From a virus: 64,000 nucleotides of DNA. Positions 28,601 through 35,100 of the stretch are shown one piece after another; position 1 is the first letter of the stretch, and every line of letters starts with the position of its first letter. A program made the position numbers and the translations under genes. The notes under the pieces are model-generated. The model was not told the origin of the DNA, ran no database searches, and worked only from the letters and a program-made list of their open reading frames with translations. The DNA lies in IMG/VR virus record IMGVR_UViG_3300034121_001409, positions 1 through 64,000 of that record; one strand, 5' to 3'.

Positions 28601-29961
28601 GGCACTGACATTACATCATTCAAAAAACCCAATCCTACATGAGTAGAAATATTTTTAAACTTATTAAATTCATCACCAAATTTATACCACGTATCATTTT
28701 TAGCTGTTTCATCTATTTCTATTTGCCTTTTTGCAGCAGCAGCTAACTCCTCTTTTACTTCTTTATACTTAGGGTCATTTATCAAGTTTGTTGATTGGGT
28801 AAAATTATCGTTTAATGCACCGTAAGCAATTTGAAGATTTGCTATGTCAGCATCATCAGAAGGAATATTTTCTAAATTTACCTCCCAATCTTTTCCATAT
28901 TTTTGAACTACATTATCAAGAGACTCTTTGTATTTTTGTTTTAGTATATCTTGCTTTAAACCAAATCCACTCTGCTTCATTTTATACTCAGAAGTTGCAC
29001 TGTTATTTGCTGATTTAAGTTGGTAATCATACTGAACCATTCGGTCTTTTTCTCTTTCTGATGCATAATACAATTCATCAGGGGAAGAAATAGCAATCTC
29101 ATCTAAACTAACATAATTATGGAATGGAATATACGCAGTTGTTTTGTCAGGAACTGAAAACCTTTCTGTGATTGAAGCGTCTGTATAAATAGCCTCTTCT
29201 TTTCTCAACTCATCCTGAGCTATAGCATTATCAGTCAATGATTTTAATACAGCAGGATTTTTACTTTGCGTCTGCTTAAATTGAGCTGCTGCATCATTTA
29301 TCTTAAAAGGATTTTTTTTAGCTTTCTCTACTTCTTTTTTTACATCTTGCTGTTGTATAATAAATTGAGATGGAGATTGAGTATATGTATTATCAGTTGT
29401 AACTTTCTCTTTTTGGAAATCTAATATTTCTGCATAATTTTGATTTGACACATCACTCAATTCACTAACCTTGTCATAAGATAAATCCTTACCTGTTAGG
29501 GTTTGCAATGCTACTGTTTTTTTATCTTTAACCGGAGGCAATACTTGCTGCTCTGTATATGGAGACGGTGTTCCTGTTCCAAGTATTTTCTTTGCCTTAG
29601 CTATCGTTTCTGCGTTTTGTTTTTTTACTGTGATATCTAAACCAAAATAAGGAACACCTTGTATTTTATTCCCTTCCGGTTTTAATGGAGATACTAATGG
29701 AGATTTGGATTGGGAAATATCGTTTGTAACAACGCTTTGCTTTTGCGTAGAATTGCCTGAAGGCTGCTGAGTATTGTCTTTTTTTTTTACAGGTTCAATA
29801 TTTGTATCAAAATCAGTAACATCAATATATTTTTTAGATTCTTCTTTTATTGCATCACGATAAGATTTATCTTTTACATTTGCTGAAAACTCATCAAACG
29901 AACCAAGAGATAACTTATCTTGCATTTCATCATACACCGCCTGTAAATATTCATTCGCCAT
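16690..29961 (-). CDS. Giant (4423 aa) polyvalent virion ejection protein with zincin-like, GNAT-like and ADP-ribosyltransferase-like domains
   Basis: Located after the tail and ejection genes; RAVHDLFGH, HEHFH, LAPNGKKSNL..FKNWFGDW, VVDENGEPLVVYHGT..GFYFT and YYAKFGF motifs; helical C-terminus with an LPD38-like region. Confidence 0.8.
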   Translation of the reverse strand: MANEYLQAVYDEMQDKLSLGSFDEFSANVKDKSYRDAIKEESKKYIDVTDFDTNIEPVKKKDNTQQPSGNSTQKQSVVTNDISQSKSPLVSPLKPEGNKIQGVPYFGLDITVKKQNAETIAKAKKILGTGTPSPYTEQQVLPPVKDKKTVALQTLTGKDLSYDKVSELSDVSNQNYAEILDFQKEKVTTDNTYTQSPSQFIIQQQDVKKEVEKAKKNPFKINDAAAQFKQTQSKNPAVLKSLTDNAIAQDELRKEEAIYTDASITERFSVPDKTTAYIPFHNYVSLDEIAISSPDELYYASEREKDRMVQYDYQLKSANNSATSEYKMKQSGFGLKQDILKQKYKESLDNVVQKYGKDWEVNLENIPSDDADIANLQIAYGALNDNFTQSTNLINDPKYKEVKEELAAAAKRQIEIDETAKNDTWYKFGDEFNKFKNISTHVGLGFLNDVMSVPRFVSGLAGSQDYNWTDRLANNTDQWVDAVQAMNNTPTNMQRSMAQSYTEIDGYKLYLDSEGNPISLRDKDDYVVNNPIAYDFISKKYSSAKDEYSKKTQWLSGEMVFNQTANVVGDMLVMIGEGGLIAAPFKGLGAITKASKLTKLANNEKLLTSLAIMTQLQNELMDDAIDKGFTKNDAAVYAAISSAGVALISLANPMEAEMFKNITSFSKKTLQSFTALDKTSVNLAAKKLIINTASNAIPEVLEENVAEPILQNIINAYGESKTKDGEDLEQTDVLSKENLASTIITLGSVFLPSAIETMRSSESNNATLGILQNPLEWMLGLEKKKNLGIISEETHDSEIEQMKKVQEKFKALKSDVPKKLHPILAGLLKEKGAIEAKVSKAPELKEKYNSRLTEINKTLSDLSMGVPVAEETVLYEQEKLNDNKVGTQVDYKGNSYSVLEEDGDEYIIKDDKTGDVLRVFKNELDKIAQPSVQQVEVKNKEPEIKPTEEPVVEEKVPDVTINEAIEKPARLDGKEGRLIVDGQTVVFVEKSGLEREVGNIDEVGAEELSVYGIETIEPVVTVNESGNFVVRGKEYTAENYSDPSAAINYDENGEIVSVTLDTPEGQKRTFRGNTAEDLAYQIQLKKFENEDTRNEFEQFINEDEGARKDLQDGELQEVAKEETVATDEKIPRQKSERVKRKEKKDARGTETKTDKPVSEVADKSKEQGAEKAVPKDTDGVGQVGAEGATADVNKKSSKGVEVKVDKAPKGTHINVGLLEGRTQKKMSHEEILSKLPKDVKVISSTEVMADYEGAEPTLSIELSRPLTDVEMEKFLADTKQQSVPQMVDGVGVLYDTKRGTDDGYGEFDPKYFQMQDKQMLDKYKASEKNKKEDESENDKKNLKPNKILRGVNSIISKIGRAYKKLNNIKNNPPRLILSVSEEDAKRIADAYEEAKHDPNNPLVIQAFSELITEIKKQAEELIKAGYSFQLAKEGEGYNGDSKKMIEDVKNNKRILVDPSSESFGTTREFDEGNIGLQDSGYKDINGNPMTNVELIRAVHDLFGHAEYGNAFGAIGEENAWRVHMSMFTPLAQKALTITTRGQNSWVNFGNHMRNKDGSIKKKGDEGYLEPSKRPFAEQKIGFLPDWAMDNSYGDVVTINGKEVKPVNKFVLDGKEMYEIDDAEAFHEAISSAKESRGEDGIQVYVKSVKEYADIIAKGGHLLVSKDGLSGIMVEADGNCGSGFAHSSIPKGQNTLAPLLNMAIKLGARYTDAYDTYLPPYYAKFGFKPIARIKFDESMAEEGWENSILKDKPDVVVMYWDGGSREDIEKRTGTFEKYDKYQGEYTEDYDGAVESAKLKSEQIEPQASLIPSEPMKVEKKPEPKPEPKKESTVDALLDDLLDFVGIKKPETLEGKKPNSKILPRDVFYRLVEVMSSFKAFKGRKVFTDRETFDKKMKEFGNPKNIQTPKGVIYGAVFPDGSIYINSETLNAESLVHEHFHPFLDMMKMAAQEGDAQAKAAVERLEQLAKEGGFLDEVKNNPAYKGYSDKRMMDEAITTMVGRAGSEQLNPDFYAKLKESLVSAIRWIADKFGISLKGLTPEQIMKLNMADLVSATLGSARKGEFMPESKVDNVMQEANLQAKGIELVRDKEGNLLAPNGKKSNLDETQWRIVRTEAFKNWFGDWESVSAFKDIKIESEKLNDRTEDLYTLGDSYADVTKNNKSWSIGYIESKKKGDGKKLINKIINDAKESNIPTVRLQTGNGSDVFFSKFGFKVTEDDNGYKYMELSTTNITSKEASKVVDENGEPLVVYHGTNENFTEFKNRVFGYQGFYFTTNPKVAKTYGNKILPMFLNERNPTIVEMDGQSYLDNDTYVDDLIEEGKQDNKGIQFNNFIDPLDPSAVLRTPSSNIFVVFEPNQIKLADGTNTTFDPESNRIDMMAESPEDLFNQDVEFNLIPPVDIMVPSEEKKATPVVVKKEGHKLSFVKPEDIIDIESLLKEISENKQKVFFWVGDQLGRGMYFDEVKNGEHYLDAGLSFALDPENRENGIIWASGLELKELNKLLEGSDYIFIISGSPSDSKLFNKQVAELFNDRLDALVGNKKELTIKSGKGGVNEEVIKLKGKSTFDKLKNAWLDFNKDVEAKDPKKDLDKDGKPKKHSSYTKGHIKFIFENTTTFREFITDNSKRKLILLHLIEKSKLTTPEADLLRQMGFGLDINNLRDGFLSDNDFRLNDIMIVLKSTGIGGKSKHSTYTYDVLGEVVGVPDKKINAYDLMTSDIKQKYIEKYEVLNAKKTLKGEKPLEFSESAKQSVVAPMGKGIKEIEFQAQGNLIKDSYYEPHLTQTADGKSYVFYHVSNASEKSIQKGIDSRKFNSTRTSRDEKGLQYGVASYYTKPTDGEKMVGGEKYEVVVPKDKVYPMDTDPNGYKQRAEKKVDEYTPFRYEKVKKEMARLAQKDGYEMAIGEWNYSRAGEKIELPALRADALVPLKPEMAPVKSKPATTKNIPHPEKDAILNAEKLASVAEEISNFKSSKSKFDEAYEIAERIRIYSEIPTKEEVEILKKGLPEKIAAKLNSIPFKKMRQVEFSAQGVDPKFKIWVDLQLDKGIDEKSIRNTLSKAGLSQEQIDSMFEDVPPPVNEKDKYDIIGWSTIPVTNDTAQSRTTRRANVAEFSDLEVFNDVVSHEEGDKMANDIVNEAMAQNGGDLYAAVNDLLDNISNVAQEVARLGDERAKPVGFLTIKILNKLQILANNLGNSKLRDKVLAAYSGRLTISGTEMAAATTDPMAGILTGLTDKVSREQESRMASTEKNGKTTEQNFDEVVSEINNEATAAAQDAFNDKNSNVSSAINKTSKKANSEASQKADKKEKEKKSYEKEAKKTADKFRKKFKSKKPPKLFDENGNEIQFYIVQNAIISWDDIVEAGAKAIEISGKIADGLAAALEKMREADWYQNLSDRGKAKVEATVAKEFSEPEAKKDATPKDRLAEAIINHENPSAPKAKSNEEKLVQALIDKYKSENKKARKPNGKNLLQDIAWRIRNNNLADSMWDYAYTVVEQQIDNDGSLSDSEKYEKKRDLKEYIASAKGKPFRDSEASRIVRERFAANPKALQEKIKELAVSHFGDVNKEAIDFVQRIIKETGLTHSEAKAISDALFKDIKRRVEKKAEQVFKNQERKIQEKILGIIPTAATTPIEAMVNNVLKFGNLSPENKAKYSAVFDAMGIPHMNSQLMTQLQNLAKAIVATPQGAVKQVLMAQFNTLLTKNKGVKSLAFFATIQEMFYTHILGSVSTMLRNIIAATATSLEGITLQGFQDAAKGRINIKESLKGNPIESDGFFKRLKTVWESIKSSEPTNSKLYRQQKGLYSHLFEKDFGGLGNLLKYIMLGHTITSRSLGAMDGFFSDKIAHNQVYRVALKTLKEQGVHHSDVDFKDKLDEMIGNTTEFKKRVQDRFDAEMAALAATGVTVGDLTKNKRKAEIMYEELGDVGRLAAFRAETMLLHRSNRLLSYIMISASSKLKNFGQAQIDEILKKPTLTTSERAQIFFYSAGQFLGMTVMPIITIPAHGLGMAIDYNPILGLGFQGMDFAAQGMIKKAQGDEYVYDSDEHFNRFARQAIGWALTATLMGMMFKGNDDDDDEDKGIVFNNDKFKIWGGYDKKLADNLGDAYHPTSIVYKDDDGEYHSFNYRDMPVGINLFIVGHIANKVARKQQLKAQKGKDATQSDEYNELVEALSKDKIKVGFGAAMTGTLDWMAEQRYMVGYQRVMDALNSNDDYKKREAVIALMMTPAQVLPTNSNYYKYIGNLFDNSQETKRRSSEYLSGFQNFVLNNSVMAKLGSRPPKVDVLGNQMYKEEDLGLGGLYNLRMIAGFVNMSEDAKKNWDYVQANNLYLNSEAIWRKSTDVAKKVLKDEGIRKEVISMYEKKYGKSVPSEPNLQYALSNMVWESMTKKYGAGISDINKNSKKTLEQKQAEVDRVRNKIIKHIGKEFGIKN

Positions 29962-31385
29962 TATTCAAATTTTTTAGTTACTGGATTCCATTTTTTCTGT
30001 TTCTTCACTACAGACGAGGAAGAACTTCCACTTGAGCTGCTTTGTGTTCCTAAGCTCTTATCGCTTCCCCAAAGTGTTTCATTTTTATTTGCATTAAACC
30101 CTTCCTCAAATGCATTACCCAATACACCTTCTGATACACCTTTAATATATTCGGCTGTATTTGCCCCTTTTCTTACTATTATACTTTTTGAACCATTAGG
30201 AAGCTCAGCGTTAAAATCAATCTTTAAATACTCGATATTAGGGTCAGGCATATTTCCTGTGTTAGCATCCCTTAGATTATCAATTTCACTTCCTTTTACT
30301 GTCGCTACTTTTGTTGGTTGGGTATACTCAGGTTTCCCTGTTTGAGAATCATAGCTTACAACAAAAGGCATATTTGATAATCTTTCTATAGCTGATGCAT
30401 CTCCATTAACTAAAGCTGCAACCCACTCTGTTTTGTTTTTCTGAACCTTTTCTGTTTTACCAAAATTAGAACGCTCTTTTCTGCCTTCCTCTTGCTTGTA
30501 ACCTAAAGCTATTTTTTCTTTTCTCGCTGCTATAGCCTCTGCTAATTTAGCATCATTCTGAGCAAATGCCTTCGCTTTAGCGGCATCGTAATATGTGTTT
30601 TTTATTTGGTCTGACAAACTCTGTAAATAAACCTCTCTCGCTGCTTCAGGGTCATCGGTTGCATCAAACTCAGCTATATTTAAACTTAATCTTTTCTTAC
30701 CATTATCAATAATAGACTGAGCATATTCATCTGCAACTTCATTCATCTTGTCCAAGTCCTCAATCTTCTCAGGATAATATAATGTTGGAAGAGTTTTATT
30801 AAAATTGGTAACAATAGTTTCCTTTTTGAACTGCTCCGGCAATACTTCTCTTAGTTGTGTCTCCGGCATACCGCCTACAAACTTTTCAATATCCGCAGGG
30901 AAATCTTTAGCTCCGGCAAAATACTCATCCATTTTTCTTTGACTTTCTTTTGTGTACTTTTGTTTATCTGCTTCTTTTTGATTAACCCAAGCCTCTGCAT
31001 AAGAGCCAAATTTTTTACTTAAATCCGCTTGTCTTGCTAAATCGTATTGCTCTTTCTGCCACTCAGCTACTCTTGGGTCTCTTACATTGTTCAAGTCTAC
31101 ACCATCTGCTAATAAATCAATACCCTTATCGTGTAACTCCTGAACCTTTCCTTGAAAATACTTGGTATGTCCTAAGTGATAATCTACAGGTAAATCCTGT
31201 AACGCTTTTACTTGGTCTGCTTTCTTTTTTTGTGCGGCTGCCTTTTCTTCTTTTTTATCAGCAGAAATTTTATTTAACGCTCTCTCAAAATATGCAGGTG
31301 CATCTCCTTTATCTAAAAGAAATGCCTCTCCTTCTCCTCTTGCAAATGGCGAACCTAAGTATGTTAAATTTCTTGACTGTGACAT
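29961..31385 (-). CDS. Probable ejection / internal virion protein
   Basis: Helical and charged; lies between the pilot-like gene and the giant gene; TAATG coupling. Confidence 0.55.
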   Translation of the reverse strand: MSQSRNLTYLGSPFARGEGEAFLLDKGDAPAYFERALNKISADKKEEKAAAQKKKADQVKALQDLPVDYHLGHTKYFQGKVQELHDKGIDLLADGVDLNNVRDPRVAEWQKEQYDLARQADLSKKFGSYAEAWVNQKEADKQKYTKESQRKMDEYFAGAKDFPADIEKFVGGMPETQLREVLPEQFKKETIVTNFNKTLPTLYYPEKIEDLDKMNEVADEYAQSIIDNGKKRLSLNIAEFDATDDPEAAREVYLQSLSDQIKNTYYDAAKAKAFAQNDAKLAEAIAARKEKIALGYKQEEGRKERSNFGKTEKVQKNKTEWVAALVNGDASAIERLSNMPFVVSYDSQTGKPEYTQPTKVATVKGSEIDNLRDANTGNMPDPNIEYLKIDFNAELPNGSKSIIVRKGANTAEYIKGVSEGVLGNAFEEGFNANKNETLWGSDKSLGTQSSSSGSSSSSVVKKQKKWNPVTKKFE

Positions 31386-31390
31386 CTTTA

Positions 31391-32140
31391 TTAATTGAAT
31401 AATTTAGGCTGAAATAAACCAAGTCCTAATTTTTGTGAGTTTGACATAAAAGAACCAAAATTAACCTTGCTGCTTGGTGAGCTGCTACTAAAAAGACTTT
31501 TGCTTCCCTGAAGGGCATTATTTAAACCACTACCTCCACCTCCGGTTGCTGCCGGAGCTGCTGCTTCTCCTCCCTTCCCAAACATACCACTACCCATCAT
31601 AGATGCACCCATGCTTCCCATAGTATTTAATCCGGTATTAATATTCTGCTCTCCTGCTGCAATCTTTGACATCGCAGATTTTCTGTCTTCTTGGTAAGGT
31701 ATATTTTGATTGTAATCAAATTCCTTATCTGTATAATCAGCCATCGTATTTAATGCATTTAACCTCTGTGCCTCTGAAGCTAATCTTTGTTGTGCAGCCT
31801 GAATGCCGATTCCTGCCATTGCATTATTCTCGTTAATCTGAGCTTTGTAAATATCATTACTGCTTCCAAAATCTTTAGCTGCATTTAATGCAGAAGCTGT
31901 TGATTGACCAACAGACTCCTCCATCTGTCTCTGCCCTGCTAATTCAGGGTTAGCAGCACGTAAAGCTGTCATTCTGTTTAATTGGTCAATCTCTTCAGGT
32001 CTTTGATAATTAGGGCGTACAAGACCTTTCATCTCCTTACGACCTTCCTTAGCCTGTTTAGCTCCTTTAACCATTTGGGCAATAGAACTTGCTAATCCCA
32101 TTGCCGCACCTATTCCTCCTGATATTGGGTCTGCTCCCAT
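31391..32140 (-). CDS. Probable DNA pilot / ejection protein
   Basis: Gly/Ala-rich hydrophobic N-terminus (DPISGGIGAAMGLASSI), Gln/Ala-rich coiled coil, Gly-rich C-terminus. Confidence 0.65.
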   Translation of the reverse strand: MGADPISGGIGAAMGLASSIAQMVKGAKQAKEGRKEMKGLVRPNYQRPEEIDQLNRMTALRAANPELAGQRQMEESVGQSTASALNAAKDFGSSNDIYKAQINENNAMAGIGIQAAQQRLASEAQRLNALNTMADYTDKEFDYNQNIPYQEDRKSAMSKIAAGEQNINTGLNTMGSMGASMMGSGMFGKGGEAAAPAATGGGGSGLNNALQGSKSLFSSSSPSSKVNFGSFMSNSQKLGLGLFQPKLFN

Positions 32141-32146
32141 GATAAT

Positions 32147-35100
32147 TTATTTAGTTGTTTGAGAATCGGTTAATTCAACGTTTATTGAATACAATATTAC
32201 TTCTTTTTGTTCAAAATTCCTAAGCCTTATTAACATTGTATTTCCTTTAAGGATTTCACCTCTCAGTAAGGCTGTAGTTTCTCTTTGCTGAACGTCTGCA
32301 ATATCACTAAAGTTCCGGTCATTCATATTACGCAGAAAGTCTGCTCTCCAATCCCCTTCTTCCTGTACAAAATGAGCTGCATTTAATTGGCTGTACTGTA
32401 ATATACTGCCCTCCTGACCGGATACAACAATACCCTTATCAGGTGCAATAAACAGTGCATTACCAATTTCTCTTATATGCATAAAATCTTTCTTGCTTGT
32501 TGGTGAAATATTAACCACTGCATCTATACCACAAGGATTTAATGCGCCATAGAAAGACCCTCTATTTGGATTCTTATCATGCACCCATAAAGCTCCATCC
32601 CTGAACGAAACAAAAGAGCGATGAACAGGAGACATGGTGTCCGGAATGTATGAATAAAAAGTCATCCATCTATTTTTTCTCATCTCACCCCTGAAGGTGT
32701 TATTAAATGATATTGTCTCAGTAAGAGCAGGTATGGTTACTATCATTTCATCATTGGCTCTATCATAAGAAGCTATAACTCTTTTATCGGCAGAAGAAGC
32801 CAATTGTTTTGCTACAGAAGACCAATATGTATTTGCATCGTAATCAGAAATATCAAAAATTCCTGAGTATTGGTATCTCCAATAAACTCCTTTCGAAACA
32901 TCCCAAGCATACAGCTCTCCGTTTTCAATAACTACTGATTCCGGATTCTGTGTTCCCCTGTCTTCTTTTATTGGCAATGCAAGATTCGCTATCCGGCTGC
33001 TCTTCATTAATGTGCTTCCGCTTCCATCCACCTCATAAGTCTGTGTTGCATTAATATAAATTGGAACTGTTTTAAATTTACATACTGCTAATAAAACATT
33101 GGCTGTATAACCTAAGAACATTACATACCCAAATGTTTTATCTATCTCTGTTCCGTTTGCATCTTTTACATAATCAGAAGACATAAATCTATTCAGCTCA
33201 TTAATATTAGTCTGAGCAATATACCTACCGGAGAATCTTGTTCTGTTGTAAACAGCTTGTTTATAATCTTTATCTTCCACATCAAATCTCCCGATAGACT
33301 GAACCCTACTGTCTGCATTATTCTCATGCATATACTCAGATTCATAAATACCACTCAATGTCTCTTTGGTATCTATTGGTGGAGGCTCCGGTGGTGTGCT
33401 TTCATCGTACACAACTATTGGCATCTTTCTGTTCACAAAATAACTATCACCAAACTTTAATACACCCTTAGCAGGTTGTGAGTCCGTCTGTGTTTGACCA
33501 TTATATCCTGCGCCATGTTTACCATTCACAATTGGATAACACTCTGTAATCTCATAAAAGATATCCTGTGTTGACTCACTCTTCGGATTCCACGCTTCTA
33601 TGGTTACGCCCTTCTGTAGTTTAGGCAATGTAGAGTCATTTTTTATGACAAGATATGTGGAGTCAAACAATGTATCAGTTCTGTCATTTTCTACACGAAC
33701 ATCATAATATTTATCAAACCACACTCCTTTTTCATCTTTCATTAACGTTACCCTGTCTTCTTTCTGAAACTCCCATGTTAACACACTTGAGCTGTTATCT
33801 TTTCCGTAATCAACCAAAGATTGAAGTGAAATATAAATCTCTGTTGCATCTCCTCCTTCAAATGAAGTCTCTTGTATTGCAGCACCTCCTGTTCCGAATG
33901 ATTTTATATAACGAGCTTCATTAATTATAAACTGCTGATATTTGTTGTATATAGGATTTTTAATTCTTACAATCTGATACATAACCGCCATTGGTGGTGG
34001 TAGGTGATTTATCTCCCAAGAAACAACAGGAAGACCTTTATTCCCATTATCCTCAGTCCAAAATGGGATATAAGTTTTTAACGAATCGGAGGTTTGCACT
34101 TTTGTGCTTTTTGCATAATCCTCATAATATTTTATTCCAAGATGAACATTGTTTCTGTGCTTCCATATAGCTCCCTTTGGAGTATTTATTATTCCTTCAA
34201 AAACCCTATTAATCACAAATGGATTCTCTGCATTGTATTTGCCAACACCTTCTCCGAATTGGTTTATTATATAAACTGTAAGGTTTGAAAAAAACTTCGG
34301 GCAACAATCATCTTTAGAGATAAGCATCACTATATCACCCCTGTATAGACTTGAATCTATAGTATAAACCATCAATCTAAAAACACCAAACCTATCTGTG
34401 TATGCAATTCTTCCACACCTACTGCTAACCACACCTATTCCGGTTAGTGGGTCTCCATTTTGGTCAACAATTGTGCCTTGTATAAATGTTCTTCTAAAAT
34501 CTGATACAGATGGAGTGCGGTTGTACACTATGAAATCATCTATACTTCCTGATGATAATTCTGCTGTAATTACTGAAGACAATGAGCCTGAATATAGCGC
34601 ACCTAAGTTTCCTTTATAAAAAGCCTCATCAGACCATTTAATTGATTTTCCACCTGTAGTTACTCTGAATTTTGCATCGAGAGCATTAGCTAAACCTACA
34701 TCCCCAATTGAATAGAAATAAAATCCATTATGGTCTGCCTTATTGTTTGGTGAACTAACTAAACTTTTGGCTCCAATAACTCCACTATCATTAAAATTCC
34801 TAACAACTACATCTGCACACTCAATAGATTGACCTGATTTTAAATCTTCAATATCCCCATTGTGTGATGTCACTGCATCTATCACATATAATGCTGCCCC
34901 AAAATCATTTCCAATGGCATTCGTAGTGAAATCCATTATCTCTAAAAAATCAGGAACCTCTATCACACCATTCACTGCTGTTCCGGTATTTATTTGAACT
35001 TCGGTTATATCTTGCTCTGCCATTCTGTTCAAGTAAGAAGACGTTCGTTGCCAAGCTATACCATTATTTATATTGTAGATTGAACCGTACCTGTCATCCG

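Noticed and set aside
16690-29961. Giant protein as a crAss-type virion RNA polymerase
   Set aside because: No DxDxD catalytic motif in an RNAP-like context was recognised; the motifs match polyvalent-protein domains instead
31342-31369. dif-like site (GTATGTTAAAT resembles the XerD arm)
   Set aside because: No matching XerC arm, and it lies inside a coding region; likely chance
16727-31402. Many plus-strand ORFs of 60-120 aa opposite the giant and ejection genes (and similar antisense ORFs throughout)
   Set aside because: They lie entirely antisense to long motif-bearing genes, have Ser/Phe/Leu-rich shadow composition, and lack recognisable motifs
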